Source: Haliotis cracherodii (taxonomy: Eukaryota). Taken from it: a stretch of DNA of 64,000 nucleotides. Both the position numbers and the translations under genes were made by a program. The notes under the pieces were generated by a model. It ran no database searches. It saw only the letters and a list, made by a program, of their open reading frames with translations, and had not been told where the DNA came from. How positions within the stretch are numbered: position 1 is the first letter of the stretch; the number at the start of each line of letters is the position of its first letter. Below, piece by piece: positions 23,515 through 37,138 of the stretch. The stretch is taken from assembly GCF_022045235.1 (NCBI RefSeq), contig NW_027266319.1, positions 12,028,001 to 12,092,000 on the forward strand, in the 5' to 3' direction.

Positions 23515-24714
23515 TTATTCATTTGCACCTATGAAATATACCATGTTTATCAGAGCTGTTAGAGCGAAGAATGTGATGAATGAAATCAAGTTCAACCTTT
23601 GTACGATTTCGTCACAGGCGTCTCTTGTTATGGCTGATATTTCATTGGTTCCATTCTTTGGTTCATGTTCAGCCGTTTCCACTCTGCCATTTGTCCCATT
23701 AACACATCGCAGCCATCTTGGAATGCCCTTCCCACTCTTCAGGTGATTGTGAAGTGCCAGCATGAAGAGTATGACAAAACATGTTAGCGTGCTGATCAAC
23801 ACAAGCAGTGTGACATAGACACTGAAGAAACACAGGTGGTCGGAGTTCGCTGGTAGGTAGGAGTTGATGAGGGTGAGAAACACTGCATATGACAACAGGA
23901 TGGAGACACACAGGGACATCTTCTCTCCGCTCTCCTCGGGCAGCAGGAAGGCGAAGGTGTTGAGGAAGGACAGGAACACGACAGGCAGGATGTTGTTGAG
24001 GATGTAGAACATAGTTCGTCTCTGCAGGGTTAAGGTCGCCGTGGCTGGGGTCTGATTCAGCCCTTTGACGCTGAAATTTTTAAGCGCAAATGTCGCTTCT
24101 ACAAGATCCCACTCTCCATTCTCCTCAAACAATTGAAGATCAACATTTGGGGTACTCACAATGACATCTTCTCCGCTAAACGCGGTCACAGAGGCAGACA
24201 TGCTTATGAAGCATACCTGCTGATCAAAGGGGAACTGTTTGATGTTTACCTTGCAGCGAGTATCTAGTCGACCATTGTAGGTATACGAAACATACCCACT
24301 GTTGTGCACGATGACCTTGTCCTCCTTATCTTTCATGTGTTTCACATCCGACACTGTGTTGTGGAATTGAATAGATGGCGACCAAACATCACTGATCTGT
24401 AGAAAAAAACTTTCTGGACTGTCATCTGTTTTGTTCCATTTTAGGAAACGATCATACCACATCGTATAAAACCACACTTTTGTGCTTAAGATTTCATCCT
24501 TTTCTTCAAGGCTGATTATGGACACTAAGCCGAAGGTCACGTTAATAGTTGTTACTTCAGAGCGTTCGATCACTGGGCGGACCTTTGGGTCATAGAACTT
24601 GGTTAGATTGGAGATAAAGTATTTATCCTCGTAGGAGTTGGCCGAAAGGACATTGATAGGCCAGCAGGCAACAAGAAGCGAAATGCTTGCAATATGTACG
24701 ACTACTATGTTCAT
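23515..24714 (-). CDS. Atypical nAChR-like Cys-loop ligand-gated ion channel subunit (R1), intronless, 399 aa
   Basis: Signal peptide, YDPKVRP, WSP, Cys-loop CKVNIKQFPFDQQVC, ENGEW, four TM helices, LPEESGEK M1-M2 linker; no vicinal CC. Confidence 0.93.
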   Translation of the reverse strand: MNIVVVHIASISLLVACWPINVLSANSYEDKYFISNLTKFYDPKVRPVIERSEVTTINVTFGLVSIISLEEKDEILSTKVWFYTMWYDRFLKWNKTDDSPESFFLQISDVWSPSIQFHNTVSDVKHMKDKEDKVIVHNSGYVSYTYNGRLDTRCKVNIKQFPFDQQVCFISMSASVTAFSGEDVIVSTPNVDLQLFEENGEWDLVEATFALKNFSVKGLNQTPATATLTLQRRTMFYILNNILPVVFLSFLNTFAFLLPEESGEKMSLCVSILLSYAVFLTLINSYLPANSDHLCFFSVYVTLLVLISTLTCFVILFMLALHNHLKSGKGIPRWLRCVNGTNGRVETAEHEPKNGTNEISAITRDACDEIVQRLNLISFITFFALTALINMVYFIGANE

Positions 24715-26751
24715 GGTGATTGTAAGGGAGTTGGGGAATGGGGTGGTGGTGTCTTCATAACATTGTTAGGGTGCTCAGTCGAAGAATTAGTGTAACCTCG
24801 GTTACACATTAGGTCGGAGTTTCAATTTTATCAGAACCTGACACAGCATGACAATGTCATAGACTCAATACAACATTGATAGGGTTAGGATTCGAAAGTC
24901 ATACATCAACACTTGGTCACAGAGTTGACATGAAGGCTCCAAAATAAGAGTTCCAAAGCCGATTTCAATATCAAATCACATTATAGAATACACATCTTCA
25001 GAAGAAAGTAAGAACGCCAATGTAGGATTTCAACACTAACAGAACCAATATTAACAAGTTTGAGCTCCAGGATGTTATTTCAAAAGTAAGTCGCAGCATA
25101 AACTTCAAACACCATTTCCTCTCACCTCACACAACATAAACCTTTTGTAGACACCCTGTCTGAGGTCCAAGTTGCATATCAACACGTTGCAAGTCACAGC
25201 ATATCAGTTCTTAGACTTCAACTCTACGTCACAGTAGAAGTACGCAGACTTAAGCACAAAGTAGTTCCAACGTAGTACATCATCACTATGCCATAGCATC
25301 AACATGACGTAGTCTTTTAGTCCGAGGTCAAAAGTAGTGCATACAAAGTCACAGAGCAACAACGATATTCATAGAATTTGAAGCCCACAGTTCGACTACG
25401 AGGTAGATTTTACCATTGATCAATACCTCATTGAACACAGGATCGAAGGGTACACTTAGGTCGTAATACATTCAGCCTGTATCCCTGTCTGTACTGTTCA
25501 CAGACTTCCATCACATTAACTGGAGACCTACCGCCCTTCAGTCCTAACAATTCCAACCAGGTACCTTCTCTCATGAGGTATCGATAAAATTATTCTGCAG
25601 TAAACATTACCATTTTAAGGTATTTTTTTTCTGTAGTCAGTGATAGATGATATACTCCGCTTGGGCAGCGGTTTATCGATTTTCGGCCCCTATAGAGAGT
25701 TCTGAGCACACAGTATTGATTCACTCTGAGTTGTCACCCAGTCGCAGGGTATTTACAACAAAACGTTTGTGTACATTGGCAGTTTTCCATAATACTCGAA
25801 ACAAATGCTGGCCCGTTTTACGCTCAATAGAATCTGTTTGGAAAGATAATCCAAATAAGTTTATGGCAAAGATGTCATAGATAGTCATAGTCATGGTAAC
25901 AAGTTGATACACTATATTTCTTTTTGAAAAATATCTGCCAAAGCAGCAAGTTTATCATGGAAGTATGAGGTTGATCAGGGTATCGAATAATCTATTCATT
26001 CTGTGAGTAAGTTGTGAGTGCAAGTCAACCCTATTAATGGTAATTGATGTCACAAAATACCTGTAATGTTAGCACTGGATAGTTAGCAACAAGAATGTCC
26101 CTGTGTGCGTGACAAAAGCTTCATTGTGTACCATCCATCCCCATGAAGCGATAATAAAGCCGGGAATACGTTTGTGATTTTTCCTCCTAAATAATGACTC
26201 TTTATCTAAATATTTGTTCATGATAGGGTGTGTTGCTGTGAACATATAGCTTTCTGGTTCTATTAATGTATTTGACTTCCCTTTCATGTGCGAGTTTGAA
26301 AACAATAAGTGGTTGATGATTTGATCCTGGGTACTTCGCTGCAGTGACAACGTCGCCCTGGACACCGTACTCGCAGACTACATACAGCACTGTTCCATAT
26401 TGACGACTTTAGCAATATGTGACTCCGTGCAGTATCATCTTAAGAAGTTCGTCTTTACAATGCTTGAATGTGTTAGTTCTCAGCTTTACTCACTGTGTTT
26501 ACATTTGCAGTGATACATCAACTCCTGGGCTATGGACATTTCTACATTCACAAAAAACGACCACGTCAAACTTTTTTCAAATGAGAAAGGAGGCTGTCAG
26601 ATATGCATTTGTTTGAATCACTTTCTGACAACCATGAGAGTGGCTGAGTATGCAATTCCTTGAATCTTGAAGAACTTTGACGTATACTTCTTTGTGTTAC
26701 AGTAAGTGTGTACAACTAGTCAGTGAATTCACCACTTATTGTTGGATTACC

Positions 26752-27912
26752 ATGGCATCAGAACATTTCCTTTTGTCCCTATATATCATATGTATGATTA
26801 CATTAACGTCTGCTTCGTACAAAGAAAAGGCTTTCCTGGTAAATCTGACCAAGAACTATGACAAAACACTTCGACCTGTCTTCAGAAGATCCGACAAGCT
26901 GATTATTAGTGTCAATGTCGGTTTGATGTCAATCGTAAGTCTGGATGAGAAGCGGGAAACTCTGAGCTGGAGAGGTTGGGTGTCTATGTATTGGCAGGAC
27001 AACTACCTCAAGTGGAACCTGACAGATGACACTCCCAATCTGTTATACCTCCCTGTAACTGATATATGGACTCCGACCTTGTTTCTGACCAATTCTGTTA
27101 CGGATCAGAAATACTTGATTGATAAAGAGGAAAGGGCGGTTATATTAAACACAGGTCTCACTTTCTATACGTTCACTGAACGCCTTGACACGCAGTGCAA
27201 AATAAACATAGGGAAATTCCCGTTTGATATTCAAGTTTGTAAAATTAGCATATGTCCCTTTCATTCTCAGCTGAGTGGGGAGTATATAGCTGTGGGGTAC
27301 AATTCAGTGCTGTTGGACATGTACGAAGAAAATGGCGAATGGATCCTTCTTGATGCTAAGTTGAAGACAGGTGTTATAGATTTGGCTGGATATAAGATTG
27401 AAACAGCTGTGGCAACTCTGACTTTGCAGAGACGAACAACATTCTATATCCTCAACAACATCCTGCCTGTCGTGTTCCTGTCCTTTCTCAACACCTTCGT
27501 CTTCCTGTTGCCCGAGGAGAGCGGGGAGAAGATGTCCCTGTGTGTCTCCATCTTGTTGTCATATGCTGTGTTTCTCACGCTCATCAACTCCTACCTACCC
27601 GAAAACTCCGACCACCTGTGTTTCTTCAGCGTCTACGTCACCCTGCTCGTTTTGATCAGCACACTCACGTGCCTCGTCACAATCTTCATCCTGGCGCTCC
27701 ACAGCCATCTGCAGAAGGTGAAGATCGCCCCAAGATGGCTGACCACCTTTGCTGGATTTAAATCAAATGCTGGAACATCTTGTGAAATCCCCTGCCAAGT
27801 TGGGATGATCAGAGATCGGATAATATGGAGATGTAATGTTTTGGCTTTCGTAATATTTTTCTCGCTTATATGTTTAAGCAACTTCATTTTCTTCATTGCA
27901 GTGTATGTCTAG
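26752..27912 (+). CDS. Atypical nAChR-like Cys-loop subunit (R2), intronless, 386 aa
   Basis: ACCATGG start downstream of a TTTGTGTTACAG acceptor; CKINIGKFPFDIQVC, ENGEW, 4 TM; no vicinal CC. Confidence 0.93.
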   Translation: MASEHFLLSLYIICMITLTSASYKEKAFLVNLTKNYDKTLRPVFRRSDKLIISVNVGLMSIVSLDEKRETLSWRGWVSMYWQDNYLKWNLTDDTPNLLYLPVTDIWTPTLFLTNSVTDQKYLIDKEERAVILNTGLTFYTFTERLDTQCKINIGKFPFDIQVCKISICPFHSQLSGEYIAVGYNSVLLDMYEENGEWILLDAKLKTGVIDLAGYKIETAVATLTLQRRTTFYILNNILPVVFLSFLNTFVFLLPEESGEKMSLCVSILLSYAVFLTLINSYLPENSDHLCFFSVYVTLLVLISTLTCLVTIFILALHSHLQKVKIAPRWLTTFAGFKSNAGTSCEIPCQVGMIRDRIIWRCNVLAFVIFFSLICLSNFIFFIAVYV

Positions 27913-28651
27913 TCCATAGTGCTTGAATGCTTGTTATCAGTAGTTGAAATATGTGCTTCATTACGTGTAAGGTCCTAACATTATGGGTTGTATACAACAA
28001 TGGCCTTTATGTCGTAAATGGCCAAATTGCATTCCAAGAAATGTAATGTGTGTATTGTTATATCTGGTTTGGCTTATTGAGTTTTGATTTACGCCGCCGA
28101 AATATAACTGCGTTATCACGATTGATGACAGTGGAAGTGAACTGCAAAGGTCTACCAGAATAATTATGGATAAACACTAACATATCCCCTCCTAGGTTTG
28201 ACCATCCATGGACATTCAGGTTATCATATGTACCCAGTAACCTACAATGTATGACCTGGATGATTGACTGCCATATTTCCTTGAGGGTGTATGGATCCTT
28301 GGTCATACTATAAACAGCTTAATTTCAGGTTTACCATGCTACAGTTGTAGAATTAGCGGCAACCACTTATTAAATACAACTATTATTGTTTTGCTGTTAG
28401 TCATTTGCTGTTTATGTGTACAACATGGTTAATTGTTTCACCAACAAATGTGACGTTTTGTACAGATGTCGCTCTCTGTGATATCTGCTTGCAATGATAC
28501 TTTTATAATAACTTATTTGTATTTTGCGATTTTCCTCAAAATTGTCTTTAATATGGATATGGAAAGGGATTTGTCGCTTTATTTACCCTCTTTTACATAA
28601 CAGGGAAATGTCCTTACCCAAACCTGTCAATTGTATAGATGCTTGAGTAAG

Positions 28652-29067
28652 AGAGGTGAGGTGAGGTGAGGTGAGGTGAGGTGAGGTGAGGTGAGGTGAG
28701 GTGAGGTGAGGTGAGGTGAGGTGAGGTGAGGTGAAATTGGGTTTAACGTCGCGTCCAAGATTAATGCACTTATATAGCGACGTGCATGCGCGTGTGTGGC
28801 TGCTTGTACTTGTCCGGACTGATGCCGATTTATAGTGCTAGCCCAGTGAGAATCCATGCCACAGGTAAACATGAATACCCCACTCAGACACAGTATACTG
28901 ATTCCGAGCCGACCAGTCCTTGTTTTAGCCCCTTAATGCCGAGCGCCAGACAAGGTAACAACAAGTACCATCTTTTAACGTCTTTTGGTATGACGCGGCT
29001 GGGGATCGGACCCCGGACCTTCCGCTCTCAGGACGGACGCTCTACCACTAGATCACGGAGGCGGTCG
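28652..29067 (-). mobile_element. tRNA-derived V-SINE-like element (family D) with (CTCAC)n tail
   Basis: tRNA-like head, central GACTGGTCGGCTCGGAATCAG..TGTGTC resembling the V-domain; second copy at 31436. Confidence 0.75.
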
Positions 29068-29088
29068 GTAACGTACGTAATTCAATGA

Positions 29089-30707
29089 GTTCGTTGGTTA
29101 AAGAAAGCTTTTGATATGGTTGATAGGACAAAATTACTGTATTTAGGCTTGACACAGTGTATCCATGGAGATGTATTTAATGTACTTAAATGTATGTATA
29201 GCAACGTTAAAGCTTCTGTGAAGATAAGTTCATCACATTTTACCGATTTATTTGACACCTCAAGCGGTGTTAGACAGGGATGTGTACTTTCAACGCTACT
29301 GTTTTTTATGTACATAGGCGAACTAGTAAATGTTATGAAGAGTTATGACACTCGTTGTATCTTCATTGACTGTGAAATTGATGAAATAATTTTGCTCTTA
29401 TTTGCAGATGATGTGTCCATACTTGTTGATTCTATTATAAATCTGCAAAACAAAATAACTAGTTTAGAAAGATACTGCTATAAATGGGGACTAACAGTAA
29501 ACAGTCATAAGAGTAGCGTTATGGTATTTAAAAATGGAGGGCCTCTATCACAAAATGAAAAATGGTTTATTAATGGTGAACAGCTTGAAGTGGTGTCATA
29601 CTATAAATATTTTGGTATTCTAATTTCATGTAGAAATATGTTTACTCAAGCATGTGTTACTTTAGCTAAACAGGCAAACAAGGCTCTAGTGCCAATTAAA
29701 AGAATGATGGGAAAATATTTAAACGTAAACGTTGATACATACTTTAAAATATTTGAATGTAAAATGTTTCCCATTTTGCTATACGGTGCGGAAATATGGT
29801 GTACAGAAGTAAGAAAAAGCATTGAAATTATACATACTAAATTTTGTAAATCTACTTTGAAAATAGGATACAAATCTTCAAATGCTGCTGTATTAGGTGA
29901 ACTTGGAAGAACGAGAATGTATGAACATGGTGTTGTGAGAATAATTAAGTATTGGATTAAACTGTTAAGAATGCCTCTGGGTAAATATCCAAAACATTGC
30001 TATTTCATGCTATGTACATATGGTGAACTAGGTTATAAAAATTGGGTTTCATTTGTAAGATATACATTGTTTAGTTATGGTTTCGGTTATGTATGGTTGG
30101 TGCAAGATGTCGAAGACTGTGATGTTTTTATTGATACATTTAAGGAAAAAACAAGAGATTTGTATATGCAAGAATGGTCTGATTGTATATCTAATTCACC
30201 AAGGCTAGATTTATATTACACTTATAAATCCTTACTACAACCTGAAAAATATATATCATCGATTAAGACTGTAAATTGTATGAAAATCTTTAACAAAGTT
30301 TCGATGTTGTCCAAATGATTTTGAAATACATAGATATAGAATGTCTAGTGACCATGACTTTGCTGACAGTCTATGCACTTTCTGTAAAGAAGACTTAGAT
30401 GAAGAATACCATGCACTATTTATATGTCCAGCTTATACCAACTTACGGTTAAGGTATTTGCTCTCGTATTATTATCAATATCCTACCCTGCACAAGTTTG
30501 TATTGTTACTCACAACACATGACGACAACATTTTATTTCAGCTAGCTCTTTATTTAGATAAAATGTTTAAACTTAGAAATTCCAAAGCCGATATTAACTG
30601 AAGCGCTGTGTCACAATATGTCAAATATTATCCAACCATCTGTACTATTGGCCTCAGGGCCTGACTATACGAAATAAGTTCTATTTTGTTCTGTTCTGTT
30701 CTGTTCT
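29089..30707 (+). mobile_element. 5'-truncated non-LTR retrotransposon (RTE-X-like), RT ORF 29116-30318 with frameshifted C-terminus
   Basis: KAFDMVDR, GVRQGCVLS, LLFADD, AVLGELGR, CTFC..EYHALFICPAY; (GTTCT)n tail; TSD GTAATT(C/G)AATGA; clade assignment tentative. Confidence 0.88.
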
Positions 30708-31435
30708 GTAATTGAATGATACTTTAATATTAAACTACTCATTACAGTGAAGAAGCATTATCATAACGAATGTGTGTATTATATTTGTTCAGGAATAAAA
30801 TATACTGAAAAAATCCCTGAAGTCCAACAGTTAATTCCTCTAGCATTGTTTCACGCTGCTTGGCCAGAACAAGTTCAATAATTATCGTATTGTTTATCAA
30901 TGCTTCTTTCTTCGAATGAACGACAAAAGCATTTTCAGGTTCCCAATATTAGAATCTTGGTATGTAAAAGAGTTTCTATATCATGTCCTGCCATCCAGTT
31001 TTGTTCTGATAACACAACCATTGCATGTAAATATGGTGAAAGATATATTTTGTTTCTGCTGCTTCATTACGTTAGACATTAACCACTTCACAAAATTGCT
31101 TCCAATATGCATAGCTAATAATGCCAAAAATATGCAAACATATATCAATAGATCGAAAAGGCTACAGCTGCATACAAAGTGAGCCTAGGCTTGGGTCAAT
31201 TGTATGCTAGACAAGTTCACTTGAGTCTTTCGAAAACCCATCTTGTTTTTCTGCAGGCTAAAATTGTACATAAAGATCAGTTTAGCAGCTTATGAATGCC
31301 CTACGTATACAGAGACAATGTGTCAGTTTTACCCAGGACACCGTGTACAACGTTGAGGTTTATAACAGAATGGACGCCAATCGTGGAGTACAGGCCTGCT
31401 TTAATGTCGGTATCTAAAACTGACCACGTCAACTA

Positions 31436-31787
31436 GGTGAGATGAGGTGAAATGGGGTTTAACGTCGCGTCCAAGATTATTGCACTTATATAGCGACGTG
31501 CATGCATGTGTATGTGTGTGTGTGTGTGGCTGCTTGTACTAGTCCGGACTGATGCCGATTTATAGTGCTAGTACACTGAGATACAATGCAGCAGTTTAAC
31601 ATGAATACCCCACTCAGACACAGTATACTGACTCCGAGCCGACCAGTCCTTGTTTTAGCCCCTTAATACCGAGCGCCAGACAGGGTAACAACAAGTACCA
31701 TCTTTTAACGTCTTTTGGTATGACGCGGCTGGGGATCGAACCCCGCTCTCTGGGCGGACGCTCTATCACTAGACAACGGAGGCGGCC
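31436..31787 (-). mobile_element. V-SINE-like element (family D)
   Basis: 12-bp TSD CCACGTCAACTA. Confidence 0.85.
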
Positions 31788-32059
31788 CCACGTCAACTAA
31801 AGGGGGATAGAGACTATTAAGTGTGTCACTTCTTTTCCTTAACCGGTCGTTTTAGGGTACGCAGGTTATGTCAGATGACAAAAATCAACTTACATCATTC
31901 TTTTCCCCTTGTTTGAATCAATCAGAATCTAAACCCAACACGATCATCATTAACCTGCCAGGGGGGACTATTAAGTGCAGTAAATGACATATGCAAATGT
32001 GTCTTGTCACATGAAGGGGGACAGAGGCAAGTTGACACAATCTGACAACAGAATATCCA

Positions 32060-32960
32060 CAAGACTGAATGACAAGAAGGATGACTTTACCTTTCCAATT
32101 TTGTGTCGAACAATATTCCGGCAGCTCCAGTCCTTGGTGTCTACCTCTCACACTTTTTGAGGTACAATTAAGCATGCTCTCTCTACGATTTCAAAGGGCC
32201 GCATACAACTCTTTCTTAAACGTTGTTTGGCCAGGGTCACAGCATTCAAGGCTTTGGTAAGCTTTCAAAACGTTTTATGGAAGACATATAGAGGCCCTTT
32301 CCAAATCAATGACGGAAATTATGTCTGATGTTATTCCCTATATTGACTTGTATCATATGAATTGTTTGATAGGCATTACTTGGAGTGTGAGTAGGAGTGA
32401 CATGGGATTAACGCCGCTTTTAACAGTTTTCCAGTTATATCACGGCGTGTCAGCTTTATGTGGGAGGAAAGCCCGAAGTGATGCAGGTCTTAGACGTTTA
32501 CCACTTTGGTGAAACCCACGAGCACGGGTATGGTGCTGATAAACCTAGAAACATAATCGGGGCGAACCGGGATTCGAACCCACAATCATATGTGTACCCC
32601 AGGGGAGCAACTGTGCACATCGAATTGCGACACTGGGCCTGGGCCTCCAATGCCTCCAGCATTGCTTAGAAGTTGACATATGTCAAAGTAGACACATTTT
32701 ATGGAAAACAAATTCTTCAATTACTGTAAAAGCGACGTTTCTGTATACATCCTTATACCGTAAAATGATCTATACCGAAACATCGTCTTTACAGTAATAA
32801 ATGAAGTTTTTATCCTATAAACTGTGTTTACGTTGTATCATATGAATACGTGTTTGTTTCAGGTAAACTATTGACTTGCCTCAGCATGTGTTTTTGACAG
32901 GGGCCACAGGTGGAGAAGGATACGCTTTCCGTTTCGCGAACACCTTGTATCATCATTTTT
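32060..32960 (+). mobile_element. Degenerate Penelope-like RT C-terminal fragment interrupted by SINE-C (32390-32640) and a palindrome
   Basis: DKKDDFTFPI..NIPAAP..GVYLS remnants matching the YDKRDDFNFPIVNFP..SNIP..YGVYISQLIRY motif. Confidence 0.6.
32688..32831. repeat. Palindromic MITE-like inverted repeat, ~145 bp
   Basis: GTAGACACA..ATTACTGTAAA..GACGTTTC.GTATA mirrored by TATAC.GAAACATC..TTTACAGTAAT..TGTGTTTAC. Confidence 0.7.
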
Positions 32961-35137
32961 TCATAGTGTTTAAAAAAACACGTTTATGATATGATCAACA
33001 TCGTCAATGAACTTTGGTGACAATGTTGATAACGCAGTCGATAGAGACATGGTCACAGTTACGATGACTCATGATTCTCCAACGATACAACAAAATTATA
33101 GGATAGGCATCGACAAGCTTCCCAATGACAAACACCACAACAGAGAATACTAACTGACTTCTCGTTAGAGCCTGTGTTGAGGAAACGCATGGAATTTCAA
33201 TGGTATCTAACACTCGACAATAGTTGAAGACATATGCACACATTGAGAAATTGCAATGTTAATTATTCCCTGTTGTCAACGCACTTCCAGATGGTGTTCA
33301 CGTGCATATGTCTGTAAATATATGGTGTATGCCTTCATACTGTAATGCCTACACTAGCTAATGGCGTTCGCAGATAATTGACAAAATGCAAGTAATGCAT
33401 ACAACCGAAAAGCAATTTCAGCCGAACACAATAATATACTGATAGATAGGATATACATTGACACGTCTCGCTTTGCAACTGATGGGTTTGAATTTCTGTA
33501 GTATTAATGGATAACAATGAGAAAATGTATGAAACATCGCTTTTAGAGTAATTAAAGAAGTTCTTTGGAAGTGTTTTGCGTTATTGACTAAGCTCTCTAA
33601 TGTGGTGAGGTGTACTTAAATTGCAAAATATGACGCCTAAACCGCACGTAGGGTTTTTTACCAGGAATCAAAAACAGAACTTTGCTCAATTTACGCAAAC
33701 TATGGTGACATATACTTATTGGATCTGGCCCTCCACATCATTTTAGTGCTGTGACAAAAACTGGTATCTCACTGTCTGTAATTGAAACCAAGCAGAATAT
33801 TCCTTTCAGGTTATATTTTATGACAAAATCACATTTCTGTTTCTATGGACCGTATGATGTGAATCCAGAACATATGCGTATCCATCCACCCTTGGTCATC
33901 GTATTTGTTTTTAATGCATTTTGAGCAATGACATTGCTAATGACCTAATGAAAAACGAAGAAATTATGTATTTACAAACCAAAACTGATTTTATTGCTAG
34001 TTAAGCGTGTACAAATAAAACTGCTTTGAGCATAGGTCTAAGGCTAAGATGATCGTAGCTTTCATGCTTGAGTGAGTGAGTGAGTACGCCGCTTTTAGCA
34101 ATATCCCAGCAATATCACGGCAGGTGTTTTAACGTAAGCTTACGCTAGTCAAAGTCCAAAGATTACCCCCCGCCACAAAGTTTTATCAGCAACCACTGAA
34201 AATACATGAAGGAAAGTTTGCATGTTTATATAAGAGATACTTGACAAGACTGAGTTGATCCCGTCAATTATTTTTTACAGAGTTACGGCCCTTGTTCCAT
34301 GTTATTTTACTTGGTGCATAGTATTTGCAATGTTTCACACACTTATTACTGATAGAAAAATACATATTATAAAAAGATATCCTATCATTTTTAAACATAT
34401 AGAGATTAAGTCATACAATTTGTAAATTTCTACCTGAGTTACCTAATTGAATGTGGAATACGTTTCATATAAGGAACCAGTGGTAATCGTTAAATTTGTG
34501 CTACTTTTGCTCACAGATGAGTCCATACAATTTTATCAAAAGAAACATATTTAATTGTTTTCACCCATATAAGTGGGTGAGGCGAAATCGGGTTTAACGT
34601 TGCGTTCTACAGCATTTCACTCATATTGCGATGTGCATAAACGCGGGTGTTGCTTGTACTCGTCTGACACGTTTTATAGTGCTCGTTCTCGTATGGAGCA
34701 GGTACACGTCTGATGAATATTTCATTTGTATACTTTTAGACTGATCACCTCTCTTCACCCTCATTAATAGGATTCTCTCTGCTGTATCAAATATCGTGTT
34801 GTTGTTTTCCTCATCCTTGAATTTCGTGGCAAGCTCAGCATGATGTTTGTCTGTCATTTCCACCGTATTAATCAGATACGAAGAGAGACAGATCAGCTAG
34901 GAGAGAAACACAAATAGTACCCACGGGGATATCAATAACTTATCTACATTTCCTATTCCCAAATTACGGAGTTACGGTCCTTGTTCTATGTTATTTTACT
35001 TGGTGGATAGTGTGTGCAATGTTTCGCAAATTTATTACTGATAGAAAAATACACATCATAAAAAATATCCTGGCATTTTTAAACGTACAGAGATTACGAC
35101 ATACAATTTATAATATTCTACCCGAGTTACCTGATTG

Positions 35138-35389
35138 GTTGGTTGGTTGGTTGGTTGGTTGGTTGCACTCAGCAATATTCCAGCTATATGACGGCAGTCT
35201 GTAAATAATCGAGTCTGGACCAGACAATCCAGTGATTAATAGCATGTGCATCAACCCACGCAATTGGGATCGATGACCTGCATCAACCAAGTCAGCGAGC
35301 CTGACCACCCTTTTACGACAAGCAAAGTCGCCTTTTACGGAAAGCATGGGTTGCTGAAGACCTATTCTACCCCGGAATCTTCACGGGTC
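35138..35389 (-). mobile_element. SINE family B, full length
   Basis: 13-bp TSD AGTTACCTGATTG; empty paralogous site at ~34435-34460. Confidence 0.9.
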
Positions 35390-36307
35390 AGTTACCTGAT
35401 TGAATGTGGAATGCATTTCATGTAAGGATCCTGTGGTAATTGTTACATTTGGGCTTATTTTGCTCCAGGATGTGTCCATACACTAAAACATCGTAAATGT
35501 CAACAGTATCATTAACTTTCGCTTACTCGCTACTTCCGGTTCCGGTTACAACGAAATGGAAAGCTGATCGTGGTAAACATGTCTGCAAAACGGTATTGTT
35601 TTGTTTTTTCAAGTGATCCATGTTGGCATGGAACATTTTGGTTTGTTCCCAGCAAACATCGTATTCAGGACGGTCATATTATTGTCATTTTTGTACATTA
35701 ATCCAACTTTTTGTAAACATATGAGCATGTATACATGTTAACTCAATACGGCTCATCTAATGAACTGCTCTGAAAATTCGACGTAAAGGATAAAGTGGTT
35801 GTTATTCATAAAAAGGGGGCACGTATTCACCATCTGTCATGTTTCGTTTCCACAATACGCACCGGAAGTGGAGAGTTGTCCGGGGAGACAACTCTGTCGA
35901 TTTTTCCTTAGGGGTCTCTAATAGAGCCTGTATGTTAGGTCTTCATATTTAAGAAATTTATTGTGACAAATTTGTCATTCACGCTATTAAGTAATTGCTG
36001 TCTAATTTCTACAAATGTGGAAGTTTGATGTAGCACTTGTTAAATGTGAACCTATTACTTGTATGAATATATTTGTACCAACACAATGGACAAAAATGAG
36101 AGACGGCTATAGAATTTAATAATTGAAAATGTATTATTTTATCAAGAGTAACTGTTTTTCTTGTCCTGGTCCAAATCGTTCAATATTATGCTTATAATTA
36201 CAAAATTGTTGAGAATCATTCGCCCAAACACAACCACAACAGTTTGCTGGGTAATGCACATGCTCCATTACCGAGATCAGTGGAGCGATGTACTGTTCAT
36301 TCACACC

Positions 36308-36478
36308 GGGGGCGGCCGGGGTTCCTAGTGGTTAAAGCGTTCGCTCGTCACGCCGAAGACCCGGGTTCGATTCCCGACATGGGTATAATGTGTGAAGCCC
36401 ATTCCTGGAGTCCTCCGCCGTGATATTGCTGGAATATTGCTAAAAGCGGTGTAAATCAATACTCACTGACTCACTCTC
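36308..36478 (+). mobile_element. SINE family A
   Basis: Matches family consensus. Confidence 0.85.
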
Positions 36479-36699
36479 ACCCAAACCGTTGGACAGTGCC
36501 AATTAACATGCTAAGATTAATGGTACTGAAAGAACAAGTAATTGGTATGATACATCAAGAAGCAACGCATGGCCACGTTCAAGGAGTTTGGGTTGTAGCC
36601 GAATTACAGTCACCAGACTGATGGTCCGTTATAGCCACACTGGATATATGAGAGTCAGAATGTCATATATTTTTCACATGTCCGATAGAACTGGAAGCA

Positions 36700-37138
36700 G
36701 TTCTGTAAGATTTAGATTCCCATTGGTACCCAACGTCAATGCTAGCCTTCATTAATTCTTCAGGAAACGACAATGATGGTACAACATACACTCACGTCAA
36801 TATTCATCGCTTCATCAAATACACTGTTTAAGACTAACATGAAGGTACTTCTTATTCATGCCTCACACAAACAATGTCCAAACATCGATTTTGTAATTAC
36901 AATTAGCAGTAATATAGCAGCCCACATCAAATTGACAGAGCTATTCAGTTGTTGGTGGAGTACAACCATACAGATAATGACTAAAAGATCCTCGCTTTGG
37001 CACGCCTCTCCTGGATACGAAAAATACCTACAGAATGTCATGAATCATTGCTAATATTCAGTATCTGCGTGTGGCCGTTTTCACTCCTGTTTCTTCAACA
37101 TATGCCACAATGATATAGTTTTGGAAATGTTAGACTTG
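36700..37138 (+). pseudogene. Truncated receptor paralog stub: 5' flank plus first four codons
   Basis: Homologous to the upstream region of R3-R6, ending TTGGAAATGTTAGACTTG, then switches to repeat DNA. Confidence 0.6.
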
